Shown here: positions 8,864 to 18,451 of the stretch, one piece after another
Layout of the letters: each line of letters opens with the position of its first letter
Numbering within the stretch: position 1 is the first letter of the stretch
DNA from: Trueperaceae bacterium
GTDB taxonomy: Bacteria > Deinococcota > Deinococci > Deinococcales > Trueperaceae
DNA length: 42,261 nucleotides
Reading direction: 5' to 3'
Assembly: GCA_035703635.1 (NCBI GenBank)
Contig: DASSXV010000079.1
Span: 1-42,261, forward strand
Translations under genes and position numbers: made by a program
Notes under the pieces: model-generated
What the model was told of the DNA's origin: nothing
Seen by the model: the letters and a program-made list of their open reading frames with translations, nothing else
The model's database searches: none

Positions 8864-9526
8864 TCAGGCGGCTCGTGGGTCTTGCAGTTCACGGGCGGCT
8901 GACCAGACGACGCGAGCTTCGCGCTCCTCAAGGGCGGCGAGGTCGGGCACCTCTCTTCCGAGCACGCTCGTGGCGTAAGCGAGTTGGTTTCGTCGCGCTA
9001 CGCCGAGCTTGGCAAGCTCCTTCTGCATGAGGGCGGCGCGTTTCGGGCCGATGGCGTCTCTTACCTGCTCCCGGCTCTCGGGCGCACGCTGCGGTGCTGC
9101 GAGCGTGGGTGATCCCTTGAGCTGCTTGGTGTTGGCGTCGTAGTCGACCCACTGGGTGGGTAGTGAGTAGAGGTAGCGGCCGAGTCCGAACTTGGTGCAG
9201 GCTCGCTTGAAGGCTTGGGCTTCGGCGCTGGTGCCGGCGATGTCGGGGTTGCTGTCGCCGCTTTCGCCGGTGCTGCTTCTGGTGATGCCGAGGATGGTGA
9301 GGTGGCAGATGATGCGGTTCTCGCCCCATGGTGTGAACTCGACTTGCCAGTGTCCCGGCACGAGCGCGTTGAGGCGATCTTCGTAGGCGCGTGGGTCGGC
9401 ATAGGCGAGGGCGATGGCTTTGGTCTTGTCGCGGTTGGTGGCTCCGGCGCGGTACTTGATTTCACTGTCAGCGAACGGCTCAGAGAGGCGTTCGAGCAGA
9501 TCGTGCCAGTCGATGTCGTCGTTCAT
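8864..9526 (-). CDS. Rad52/Rad22-family single-strand annealing protein (DdrA/Sak-like)
   Basis: RLSEPF...LAYADPRAYEDRLN...W...LTILGITR...AFKRACTKFGLGRYLY.LP.QW. Confidence 0.88.
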   Translation of the reverse strand: MNDDIDWHDLLERLSEPFADSEIKYRAGATNRDKTKAIALAYADPRAYEDRLNALVPGHWQVEFTPWGENRIICHLTILGITRSSTGESGDSNPDIAGTSAEAQAFKRACTKFGLGRYLYSLPTQWVDYDANTKQLKGSPTLAAPQRAPESREQVRDAIGPKRAALMQKELAKLGVARRNQLAYATSVLGREVPDLAALEEREARVVWSAARELQDPRAA

Positions 9527-9545
9527 GGTGGTCCTTTCTGGGGGG

Positions 9546-10001
9546 CTAGTAGATGCGCGCCCCGCGGTGGTTCGAGGGCGAGGCAGTGGGCTCGATCAGT
9601 TGGGCGTTATCCAGCGCCGCTTCCAGCTCGACCGTTACGGGGTGCTTGCTGCCGAGTTCGTTCTCGACCTCGCCGAAGAGGTCTTCGAGAACCTGGTAGT
9701 TGGCGGGGGTGATGGGGAGCTGGTGGCCTTGGGTGAGGCGTTCCAGGTGGAAGCGTTGGCTGGGAGTGAGGGCTCGCAGGAGGAGCCTGACGGCGTTGGT
9801 GGGGCTGTCGCCGTCGTCGTTGCGGCCACTGCCGTGGCAGTCGTCGCACGGCTCCAGGGACTCGGTGGGGAGGTAATTGCCGTAGCTGAGGCAGTAGTAG
9901 CCGGGGCCGCCGACGTAGACGAGGTAGCCGTCGCCCTGGCAGGTGTAGCACCAAGGGATGTCGTGCTTCTCGGCGAGGAGGTCAGTAAGAGTGAGGGTCA
10001 T
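9546..10001 (-). CDS. Hypothetical Zn-finger protein
   Basis: Two CxxCxGxG motifs (CYTCQGDG, CDDCHGSG); translationally coupled to the upstream gene. Confidence 0.65.
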   Translation of the reverse strand: MTLTLTDLLAEKHDIPWCYTCQGDGYLVYVGGPGYYCLSYGNYLPTESLEPCDDCHGSGRNDDGDSPTNAVRLLLRALTPSQRFHLERLTQGHQLPITPANYQVLEDLFGEVENELGSKHPVTVELEAALDNAQLIEPTASPSNHRGARIY

Positions 10002-10336
10002 GCGGCTAGTTCTACTTTCGTGCTGGTGGCACGTACATGGCTGTCGAGGTCGGTGCTGGGGGCTTGGAACCGCCTGACGCTGATGAGGCGGGCGGTGTGC
10101 TGGTGCCGGGTGGCGGTGAGCGCGAGGCCGTAAGCACGCAGGAGTTGGTCGGCACCGATGAGGGGTTCGGGGCTGGTGACGGTGAGGCAGGCGAGCTTGA
10201 GGCTGTCGACCCTGGCGTCGTGGAGGGTCAGGGCCGCGCTGGCGGCAAGGTCGGCTAGTAGCACATCGACCTGGTGGCCTTCAGGGCTGGTGGTGAGGGC
10301 GTGGATGAGGGCGCGGAAGAGTTGCGGGAGGGTCAT
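9998..10336 (-). CDS. Hypothetical protein
   Basis: 112 aa, AGGAG RBS, ATGA overlap with the next gene. Confidence 0.65.
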   Translation of the reverse strand: MTLPQLFRALIHALTTSPEGHQVDVLLADLAASAALTLHDARVDSLKLACLTVTSPEPLIGADQLLRAYGLALTATRHQHTARLISVRRFQAPSTDLDSHVRATSTKVELAA

Positions 10337-10455
10337 GTCTGGCTCCTAAAGCGGAAGAGCGCCAGGACCGATGTGGGTCGCTGGCGCTAGCGGGAGTTCG
10401 GGTTGTAGGCGGATCCAGTAGGTGAGGTGGTCAGGCCGGCGCTCCTTTCTGCTGG

Positions 10456-11358
10456 TCAACTGCTGACAAAGATGAGCGGCGGGCGCTTGGACGCCTGCCC
10501 GGAGGACGAGGACGAGTCGGTAGTGGGTTTCGCTTTTGGCTCAGTGCTGGCGGCGTCAGGGTCGGCCGTAAGTTGTTCGAGGATCTGGTCGGCTGCTTTG
10601 CTGGCGCGATCTCCGGCTTGGATGAGGTCTTCGAGGCTGTCGGTCCAGCTGGCGAGGTAGGCGAAGGAGTAGCTGCTGGTGTCGATGCCGATGGCGTGAC
10701 TGACGAGGAAGGCGGCGGTCTCGGCTTCCAGTTCGGCGCTGTGGCGGCTCCCGCCGCCAGTGTGCAAGAGCATGTGCGCGGCCTCGTGGCAGAGGGTCTT
10801 GAAGGCCTGCGTGTGGCTGAGGCCTGGCCGGATGGCGATGCGCTTGTCGGCGGGTCGGTAGACGCCGAGGGCGTGTTCGTGCTGGAAGTCCCAGCTGACC
10901 CTTACGCCTTGGCTGGCGCAGAACATGGCGAGCCGGAAGTGAAGCCCGGCCAGCCTGACCTTGGCTTCTGGCGTGTCCAACAGGAGGCGTGGGCTGTCGC
11001 GCTGCGGGATGGGTTCGCCTTCCGTTTGGCTGAGGTCGAAGACGTAGACGGTCTTGAAGCCGACGAGGTTGAGCTGGTCGTGGTCGTCAGGGTCGCGGAC
11101 GAGCAGCGGCGCGAGGATGGCGATGCCTTTCTCGCCTTTGCGGACGTAACGGTTGCTGGTCTGCCAGGTGCGGTAGCCGGCTACGAGGGTGGCGTCGGGG
11201 CGTTGGCCGAGGATCAGGAGGGTGTTCATGTAGCTGTAGTTGTGGAAGCGCTGGCGGAACTGCAGGGCTCTTTTCCAGCCGTCGCTGGTCATGAGGTCGG
11301 TGACGCCCTTGTGGAGGATGTCGAGGGCTGCCTGCTTGCTGTCTTGCCGGGTGGTCAT
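10456..11358 (-). CDS. ArdC-like ssDNA-binding protein with HExxH metallopeptidase-like domain
   Basis: FHNYSYMNTLLILGQRPDATLVAGYRTW...RYVRKGEKGIAILAP...VFDLSQTEG; HEAAH...ELEAE...YSFAYLASW. Confidence 0.85.
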   Translation of the reverse strand: MTTRQDSKQAALDILHKGVTDLMTSDGWKRALQFRQRFHNYSYMNTLLILGQRPDATLVAGYRTWQTSNRYVRKGEKGIAILAPLLVRDPDDHDQLNLVGFKTVYVFDLSQTEGEPIPQRDSPRLLLDTPEAKVRLAGLHFRLAMFCASQGVRVSWDFQHEHALGVYRPADKRIAIRPGLSHTQAFKTLCHEAAHMLLHTGGGSRHSAELEAETAAFLVSHAIGIDTSSYSFAYLASWTDSLEDLIQAGDRASKAADQILEQLTADPDAASTEPKAKPTTDSSSSSGQASKRPPLIFVSS

Positions 11359-11902
11359 GGCGTGCTCCTAAACGAGAAAAGCCCCGACCTTCGTTAGAAG
11401 ATCGGGGCGGTCTTGCGGTTGCTATTTGTCGGCAGGTGAGGGGCGACGGTTTACATGGCTGCTGCTCCTTTCTGTCTGTGATGGGCGTTGGGGGTCATGT
11501 CTGTGGCATGAGAAAGCCCGCCGTTAGGCGGGTTCTCGGGTGGGATGCAACGAAGTGATGGCGGCGTTAGAGACGGCGCTGCTAGATTTTGGATTCTCTA
11601 TTTCGATCGCGACACGAAGCTGCTAGGGGGAGGGGGGGCTAACAACCCCGCGGATATCCATGTGTTGGGGGGCTACCCGGAACAGGAGGAGGGGTAGTTT
11701 CTCTGGGGAGATGTGCAGCCCAGCGGGGCGGGCCGTCCGTGGGCGGGTCAGACAGTTCTGTAGCTTGGGGAAGCAGACAACCCTGTCTTGGCCCTTGGTT
11801 GCCGTGCAACCTTCTCGCGGTGATGTCGCTTAGTACAGCCAAGCGCCGAGTCGAGTTGCCTCGTTATCGGGGACAGCGGGTGGTTCGATGGCCACTTCGG
11901 AG

Positions 11903-14900
11903 CTAGTTGGCCTTGGCTGCTCCTACTCGCTCCCCCAGAGGTGGCAGTGAGTTAACGATCCTTACGGTCTCAACGCTGACGGTAATGACTCGCTGTATCA
12001 GGTCGAGGATGTAGCAGGGGTCATCGCTCCACTCGTTCGGGTCATTCTTGATGCCGCTCTTCTTGTCTGTTGTCACCTGGTAGCGGTCGATCAGCCATTC
12101 GATAGGTGTGCGGCCGTTGACGACGTACCCGTGCGCCTCGTCGGGGATGTCGCTGATGGTGATGTGGGCGTTGACCTTGAGGCGGCTCCTATCGTCCTTC
12201 TTGGTGAAGCGCATCTTCGTTACCCTCATCGCTTCTCGCGAGGAAGAGGATGAGTGGGTGTTTTTCACCGTGACCGGGTACTTGGGGGCGCGTTCATAAT
12301 TGACGTGTAGGTTGCCCAGCTGGCGACCGGCTTGTGCGAAGGCATGGAAGTCTTTTGCGTAGGGTATTCGAGGCAGCTCCTTCTTAAGGTCTGCCTCGAA
12401 GCGCTCGCGGTACTCCACGCTGTGCAAAACGCCGTAGATGTAGTAGAAAATGTCTTCCTTAGTGATGCTGGAGTCATCGTAGATCTTCCGGTAAGAGGTG
12501 AGGGTGCCGTCAGTTATAGCGTCTTTCCGCACGTAGCCATTCTCATCAGGTGGTGCATCAAAGATGTTGGTCGCTGTATATTGATTGGTCTCCTCGTAGT
12601 AGTAAAGCGGGAAGGCCTGTCCAGTATCGAGAAGGTGAATGTTAGGCACAACGTTGCTGATTACGGCTGAGAACGGCTTGTTTCCACCGGACCCGGTCAC
12701 GTAGATGACCAAGTTGTTCGCATCACCGTTTGGAAATAAGCGAGGCATCTGGTAGACGGTGTTGTTGAACCTTCTGTCGAAGTAGACCCATTGCTTGGAG
12801 AACGGTCGATATAGACCACGGACAATGCGACTTGGCAGGTACGGATGATGCTTGCTTTGGCGGAGGTCTGCGAGGAGTTCGCGGGTCCAGCTAATTTTCG
12901 TGGGATCCTTGCTGACCCAGTCAGCGGCGGCCGGTACGTCTTCGGCGTCCCGGGTTTCCTTCAGGAGCGTGTAGTTCTCGACCTGCTCGTTGTAGAACTC
13001 AATCATTCGACGAATGTTGGACGCGAGGGCCCTCTTTGAGTAGTTGTAAACCCACGGGTCGCGATTGGTTTTCAGCCCGCCCGAGTACACGGAGAAGACG
13101 GAGCCTCTTCCATTCTTCACTCCGAGTGGCTGATACGCTCGGAACTCGTCGCCGCGTTGGTTGATCCAGTCGTGCCGCTCGTTCGGAACGACGGACTGCC
13201 ATGGGGTGCCTGCGACGCTTCCTAGTTCATGGATGGTTTCTAGCTTCTCTTCGCGGCTCAGGTAGTCGCCGATGTCGTGGTAGTAGAGCTTCCCTGGAGT
13301 GGCCTTGTCGGGGTTCTTTAATAGGAGGCTGATCGCGATGGTCGCGCGGCTACCGGAGTCAAAGATTTTGCCTCCCTCGCGGCGTGATGTCTCGCCCGAT
13401 GTGCGCTGATTTCCGCGCAGGTTGAAGATGTAGAGACTGCTGAACTCCTCGATGAGGGTCTTGCGTAGGCCGTCGGCGGCGTTGCCGTCGATGAAACCGC
13501 CGTTGGTCACGAAGCAGACGATGCCCTTGTCGCCTATGCGGTCGCTGGCCCAGCGGATGGCTCGGACGTAGGAGTCGTAGAGGCTATTCTTGAGTACGGC
13601 AGAGGAGTTCGCCGCATAGGTTGTACGGATGCGTTCGTCCAGGTTCGGATATGCAAGGTTCTTATTTGCGTCGTTCTCGCTGCCCTGCCAGGCGGAGTAG
13701 GGCGGGTTGCCGACGATGACGGTGATGTCTAGGGCCTTCTGTTTGGTTGCGCGTTCGCTGTTCTCGGGGAGAACCCTGCCGATGGTCATGGCTTGGCCAT
13801 TCGCCGGATCCTCTGTGAGCTGGAACGTGTCGGTGAGGACGATGCCTTCGAAGGGTTCGTACTGCCAGCCGGTCTGTTCGTGGTAGGCCTCTTCGATGTT
13901 GATGGCGGCGATGTAGTAGGCAAGGAGGACGATCTCGTTGGCGTGTAGTTCGTGCTGGTATTTGCGGGGTAGGTCTTCGAGCTTGATGAGGCCGCTCTGG
14001 ATGAGCCTGACGAGGAAGGTGCCGGTGCCGGTGAAGGGGTCGAGGATATGGACGCCCTCGTCGGTGAGGCTCCTGCCGAACTCGGCCTTGAGGGCATGGT
14101 CTGCGCTCTTGAGGATGTAGTCGACGACTTCTATCGGGGTGTAGACGATGCCGAGGCGTTCGGCCATGCGGGGGAAGGCGGTACGGAAGAACTTGTCGTA
14201 GAGCTGGATAATTACGCGCTGCTTGCCCTCAGCGTTGTCGATGCGACTGGCTCGCTGGCGCACGCTCTCGTAGAACTTGTCGAGCGCTTGGGTCTCCTTC
14301 TCTAGGGCGTGGCCTTCAAGGACATCGACCATCTTCTGCATGGCGACGCTGACGGGGTTGCTCTGGGCAAATGAGTAGCCCTCGAAGAGCGCTTCGAACA
14401 CTGGCTTTGTGATGAGGTGCTGCGAGAGCATCTCGATGGCGTCAGCCCGGTCGATGGCCGGGTTGAGGTTGCGCCGTAGCCCCTCTAAGAACTTCTCGAA
14501 GGTATCGAGGTGGGCGGAGTCCCCGGCTTCGAGGATGGCCTCGATGCGGGTGACATGGCGCTCTGCGATGTCGGCTACATCTTTGGCCCAGCTCTCCCAA
14601 TACCTGCTGGTGCCGACCTTCTGGACGATGCGGGCGTAGATGGCGTCGCGCCACTCGCCAATGTTCTCCAACCCGAAGTCGATCGGTACGACTTCGCTGC
14701 CGTCCGGACGCTCCTGTGTGCCGCCGCCTACGCCTATGACGGCGATCTGATCGGGCTTCCTTTTGTTGAGTTCGAGCTTGTTGATGGTGCTATCGAAGCG
14801 TTCGTCGTGGGCCCTGAGGGCTTGGAGGACTTGCCAGACGACACGGTACTTCTTGTTGTCGCTGAGGGCTTCTTCTGGTGAGACGCCTGCTGGTACGCCG

Positions 14901-16723
14901 ATGGGCAGGATGACGTAGCCGTACTCCTTGCCGGGGACTTTGCGCATGACGCGGCCGACGGCTTGGACGATGTCGATCTCGCTATCGCGTGGTTGCAGGA
15001 ACATCACGGCGTCAAGGCTGGGTACGTCCACGCCTTCGCTGAGGCAGCGGGCGTTGGTGAGGATGCGGCAGGTGTTGTCTGGCGTGGGTTCCTTAAGCCA
15101 GTCGAGGCGGTGGTTGCGCATGAGGACGTTGAAGGTGCCGTCCACGTGCTCCGCCTCGCAATGGAGGAGGTCTTCGTCTTCGCCTGCTTCCTCGGTATAG
15201 GCGTCAACGATGTTAGTGAACATCTCGGCGATCTTCTTGGAGGCCTTGATGTTCCCGGCGAACGCTACCGCCCGCCTCATAGGTTGCTCTACGGACCCAT
15301 TCTCTTCCTCAGCGTCTGTACCCGTGCGTTTGGCGAGGCCGTTCCAACAGCCGACGATCTTGACGGCGTCGTCGAGGGTGAGTTCGTTGTCCTCATCCTT
15401 CAACAGGCGCTGAACGGCCTTGCTGATGTACTTCTCGTCTACAGCGAGGATCATGACCTTGTAGTCGCTGAGCAGATCCTGGCTGACGGCTTCGCCGAAG
15501 TTGAGGCGGTGGAGTTCTTCGCCGTAGTAGTCAGGGTCGTCCATGCTCCACAGGACGGCTTCCTTCTCAACGGCTCTGGCGACCTGCTCGTCGCTGTAGA
15601 GGCGCGGTGTGGCGGTCATGTAGAGGCGCTTCTTGGCCTTGATAGCCCGCGGGTCGTGGACCTTGGTGAAGTGGGACTGTTCTTCGCCTTGCAGCATCGC
15701 GCCCGTGGTTCGGTGTGCTTCGTCTGCGATGACGAGGTCGAAACTTGGCACGTCACCTAGCGCTTGCGCTTGGCTGACGACGTCGATGCTTTGGTAGGTG
15801 GAGAAGACGACCGTCATGCGCTCGCGGTCGGGGATGCAGAGCTGGTCGTGCAGCTTGAAGGGGTCGGTGGTGCTTGGGAAAGCCAAGTCGTAGACCTTGA
15901 GGTCTTCGTCGTCCCGGCTGCGTCCGATCTTGGTGTCGCTGCACACCGCGAAGGAGCGGAGTGGCACGTGCGAGTCACCCGTCCACTCGCCCAGTGTCTG
16001 GGAGAGCAGTGATAAAGACGGAACGAGGAATAGGACGTTGCCGCCTGCGCCGACCATGGTCTCTGCGATCTTGAGGCTGGTGAAGGTCTTGCCGGTTCCG
16101 CAGGCCATGATGAGCTTCCCGCGATCGGCCTTCTGTAGACCCGCTACGACGTTGGCGTGAGCTTCGACCTGGTGCGGCCGCAGCTGCTTCTTAGGCAGCA
16201 GCTCCATGTCCTCTGGCCGCTGGAGCGTGAACTGGCCCCAGTCGATGGGACTGCTAGCGAGGTCCTGAATGCGGAGGCGGCTGACAGGTATCTGTTGGTT
16301 GGCTAGCGCTTCTTCGGCGTGCTTGCTCCAGCGGTCGCTGGTGCTGACGACGAGTCGGCCCTTGAACGGGTGTTTGCCGCTGGCGGTGAAGAACGAGTCG
16401 ATGTCGCTCTTTTGGAGCAGGTAGCCAGGCTGGTGGAACTTGCACTGGATGGCGATGTAGTCGCCGGTATCGCGCTCTTGGGCTACCAGATCGATGCCGG
16501 TGTCGACTTGTACGCCGCGTTCTGGCCAGTCGTTCCAGAGCCAGACGCTACTGAACCGCTGGGCGTACATGGGGTCGGTGCGGAGGTAGCTGAGGATGAG
16601 CCGTTCGAGCTTGTCGCCCTTGTCGCGGTTGCTCGTGGCTGTTGTGGCTAAGTGTTCGAGGACTGCATGGATGCCTACGCCGCTTCCCGCGCCCCCGACG
16701 CCGTGCTCTTGATAGAGAGACAT
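11903..16723 (-). CDS. Type ISP restriction-modification enzyme (Mrr-like nuclease + SF2 helicase + N6-adenine MTase + TRD)
   Basis: DTGIDLVA..AIQCK; MACGTGKT, DEAHR, TATPR, QAVGRVMRK; LDPFTGTG, GNPPY; C-terminal YRPF...LKKELPRIP. Start uncertain: ATG 16723 preferred over 17008. Confidence 0.93.
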   Translation of the reverse strand: MSLYQEHGVGGAGSGVGIHAVLEHLATTATSNRDKGDKLERLILSYLRTDPMYAQRFSSVWLWNDWPERGVQVDTGIDLVAQERDTGDYIAIQCKFHQPGYLLQKSDIDSFFTASGKHPFKGRLVVSTSDRWSKHAEEALANQQIPVSRLRIQDLASSPIDWGQFTLQRPEDMELLPKKQLRPHQVEAHANVVAGLQKADRGKLIMACGTGKTFTSLKIAETMVGAGGNVLFLVPSLSLLSQTLGEWTGDSHVPLRSFAVCSDTKIGRSRDDEDLKVYDLAFPSTTDPFKLHDQLCIPDRERMTVVFSTYQSIDVVSQAQALGDVPSFDLVIADEAHRTTGAMLQGEEQSHFTKVHDPRAIKAKKRLYMTATPRLYSDEQVARAVEKEAVLWSMDDPDYYGEELHRLNFGEAVSQDLLSDYKVMILAVDEKYISKAVQRLLKDEDNELTLDDAVKIVGCWNGLAKRTGTDAEEENGSVEQPMRRAVAFAGNIKASKKIAEMFTNIVDAYTEEAGEDEDLLHCEAEHVDGTFNVLMRNHRLDWLKEPTPDNTCRILTNARCLSEGVDVPSLDAVMFLQPRDSEIDIVQAVGRVMRKVPGKEYGYVILPIGVPAGVSPEEALSDNKKYRVVWQVLQALRAHDERFDSTINKLELNKRKPDQIAVIGVGGGTQERPDGSEVVPIDFGLENIGEWRDAIYARIVQKVGTSRYWESWAKDVADIAERHVTRIEAILEAGDSAHLDTFEKFLEGLRRNLNPAIDRADAIEMLSQHLITKPVFEALFEGYSFAQSNPVSVAMQKMVDVLEGHALEKETQALDKFYESVRQRASRIDNAEGKQRVIIQLYDKFFRTAFPRMAERLGIVYTPIEVVDYILKSADHALKAEFGRSLTDEGVHILDPFTGTGTFLVRLIQSGLIKLEDLPRKYQHELHANEIVLLAYYIAAINIEEAYHEQTGWQYEPFEGIVLTDTFQLTEDPANGQAMTIGRVLPENSERATKQKALDITVIVGNPPYSAWQGSENDANKNLAYPNLDERIRTTYAANSSAVLKNSLYDSYVRAIRWASDRIGDKGIVCFVTNGGFIDGNAADGLRKTLIEEFSSLYIFNLRGNQRTSGETSRREGGKIFDSGSRATIAISLLLKNPDKATPGKLYYHDIGDYLSREEKLETIHELGSVAGTPWQSVVPNERHDWINQRGDEFRAYQPLGVKNGRGSVFSVYSGGLKTNRDPWVYNYSKRALASNIRRMIEFYNEQVENYTLLKETRDAEDVPAAADWVSKDPTKISWTRELLADLRQSKHHPYLPSRIVRGLYRPFSKQWVYFDRRFNNTVYQMPRLFPNGDANNLVIYVTGSGGNKPFSAVISNVVPNIHLLDTGQAFPLYYYEETNQYTATNIFDAPPDENGYVRKDAITDGTLTSYRKIYDDSSITKEDIFYYIYGVLHSVEYRERFEADLKKELPRIPYAKDFHAFAQAGRQLGNLHVNYERAPKYPVTVKNTHSSSSSREAMRVTKMRFTKKDDRSRLKVNAHITISDIPDEAHGYVVNGRTPIEWLIDRYQVTTDKKSGIKNDPNEWSDDPCYILDLIQRVITVSVETVRIVNSLPPLGERVGAAKAN

Positions 16724-17052
16724 GTAGCTCGGATCGTACGTTGCTGCGCTCGCTTGACCCGCTAGAACATTCACATCTGAGTAGACTGATTTCGTCAGTT
16801 TTGTCTGGTGCAGGCAGCAGATTACGACGACCGGGTTTGCAGTTCGAGGGTTCATACTTATGGCCGCGTTGGTCGGCCAGTACAAGATGTGGTACTCACG
16901 GTTGACGACCGCTGCTATACCCGGTACCTTAAATAATGAGCCCGCCCGGAGCTGGCTCCGAACGGGCTGGCTAGCGTGACGGCACAGCCTATCAAGGTTC
17001 CGGGCCACCAGTCGATACTGGGAGTCTTGGGCCGGAGGGGAGGGTTCCCCAA

Positions 17053-17268
17053 ATGGGTAAGCGTGCCAGAAGCGCCGTGACGGGTCGATTCGTCAAGAAA
17101 TCGACAGCAAGACGAAACCCTCGCACCACCGTCCTGGAAAGCACGAAGCCGCAAAAGGGCCGGACCGAAGTAACGGCTGCACGGAGCGCCGTTGACGGTC
17201 GTTTCGTTACCAAAGCTGCCGCAGAACGACGGCCGAAGACCACCGTTATAGAGAAGTTCAAGCGGTGA
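17053..17268 (+). CDS. Small basic protein with two tandem RSAVxGRFV...P.TTV.E modules
   Basis: 71 aa, GGAGG RBS, internal 25-aa repeat with 17/25 identity, followed by a strong hairpin. Confidence 0.8.
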   Translation: MGKRARSAVTGRFVKKSTARRNPRTTVLESTKPQKGRTEVTAARSAVDGRFVTKAAAERRPKTTVIEKFKR

Positions 17269-17273
17269 CCCGA

Positions 17274-17297
17274 GGGCCCCGGCTTCGGCCGGGGCCC
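17274..17297 (+). terminator. GC-rich hairpin with C(UUCG)G tetraloop
   Basis: GGGCCCCGGC-TTCG-GCCGGGGCCC, 5 nt after the stop codon; U-tract weak. Confidence 0.65.
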
Positions 17298-17568
17298 CGA
17301 CTTCCACGAGGCAGCTACAAGCGTCGATCAATGTCACATTCGGGACGAACGCTGACAAGGTACTGTGGAGTCGCAGACGAGAAGGCCCCAGTACTTGTCG
17401 ACTGGGCGGTTGTAGAGAAACTACTCGATGAACACCGCACACTATGGAGGGACAGGAGGCTCGAGTCGTCCCCGGACTCCTCAGCCGGGCAGTTTAGGCA
17501 GACTCCCGACGGGCACAGGTCAGGCGTGTAACGCCGCCTACAACTATGGCGCGTATGGAAGATGCGAA

Positions 17569-18036
17569 CTATGTTTCAGATTCCTCGCGACCTAACTCAA
17601 TAACGCCGATCAGGTTTCTCTGTAGGTACGGCCAAGCTTCACTCGCGCCGTCAAAGTACTCGTTCCTCTTTGCGATTGACCAGTACTGCCGGGCTTCCTC
17701 ATATCCGGGTGTCTGGGTTCGCCGGAGAAGGTCCACCCACTCCCTAAAGTTGGCAACTGTAGGAGTCTCATTCTCCCGAGCATAGTGCTCCCCAGGATCT
17801 ACTAGCGCGACCAGCTGAGTCAGACCGTCGATGCCCACGAAGTGGCTGAGCGGTACCGAGTGCCCTTTGTCGGGGTGATAGCAGCTTCCCCTTGGTGACT
17901 TCGGCTGGTGATGAACAATCCGGAACCCGACATAGTCGCCGCCGGTGCCCCCCCACTCAACGTAACCATCCTCTACAGAAGCGATCTTTTCTCCGCAGTG
18001 ATCGCATATCCACTCTTGCAACGGAATGAGTTCCAC
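17569..18036 (-). CDS. Hypothetical protein with N-terminal CxxC (possible metal binding)
   Basis: Start re-placed at GTG 18036 after a GGAGGAG RBS; WICDHCGE...IVHH...CYH. Confidence 0.7.
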   Translation of the reverse strand: MELIPLQEWICDHCGEKIASVEDGYVEWGGTGGDYVGFRIVHHQPKSPRGSCYHPDKGHSVPLSHFVGIDGLTQLVALVDPGEHYARENETPTVANFREWVDLLRRTQTPGYEEARQYWSIAKRNEYFDGASEAWPYLQRNLIGVIELGREESET

Positions 18037-18205
18037 TTTTGTCTCCTCCACGGTCCTTGCGGCGACTGAGTTAAGTACTCGGTGCCTCTGAACGCTTAGG
18101 TGCCCGCCTAGGAGCAGGCCGGACCGCCGGTAACATACCAACAGAGTAAAGGGATTCATAGGCTGGTGATGAGCCATTGTTCGGGGCCGCGGCATGCGAC
18201 TCCGA

Positions 18206-18326
18206 ACAGCTTAGCGAGCGCCATCAGGAGTCCTGTGTCGCGCCCCGCATCTAGCAGAAGCCGTGTGTGGGACCACGTTGCGGCACTTGTCGATTTCGGA
18301 CATCATGTACTACTTGCTGATGGCAT
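18206..18326 (+). repeat. Degenerate internal copy of the attR arm ending at the ATGGCAT core
   Basis: 18256-18326 vs 24599-24669: 62/71 identical, ungapped; 18206-18228 vs 24540-24562: 22/23 identical. Confidence 0.9.
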
Positions 18327-18451
18327 GCTAATGGTTGCTAGATGATAGAGCCGCTCTAGGCTAGGAATATCACTGGTTTAAGTGCGTTCGCCACATGGCG
18401 GGCACATTCGCGTGACCTTTCCCGGCGCGGCTACCTAGTTTCAGTTCCCAG

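Noticed and set aside
11400-11900. Search for a Deinococcus RDRM (DdrO box) upstream of the ardC/ddrA-like operon
   Set aside because: No convincing 17-bp AT-rich palindrome found by eye.
16724-17008. N-terminal 95-aa extension of the Type ISP ORF
   Set aside because: No recognisable domain and it occupies the divergent promoter region; the start is more likely at or after 16723.
16759-17020. Short matches to the attR arm (CCGCTAGAA, GATTTCG, GCAGAT; GCACAGCCTATC) suggesting a third relic att
   Set aside because: Spacing is inconsistent and there is no ATGGCAT core; cannot be distinguished from chance without an alignment statistic.
17265-17545. 88-aa ORF, an imperfect inverted repeat (GACAAGGTACTG/CAGTACTTGTC) and an AGGTCAGGCGT T-arm-like stretch
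   Set aside because: The ORF runs through the terminator hairpin and has no motif; the structure is too weak to call an ncRNA or tRNA remnant.
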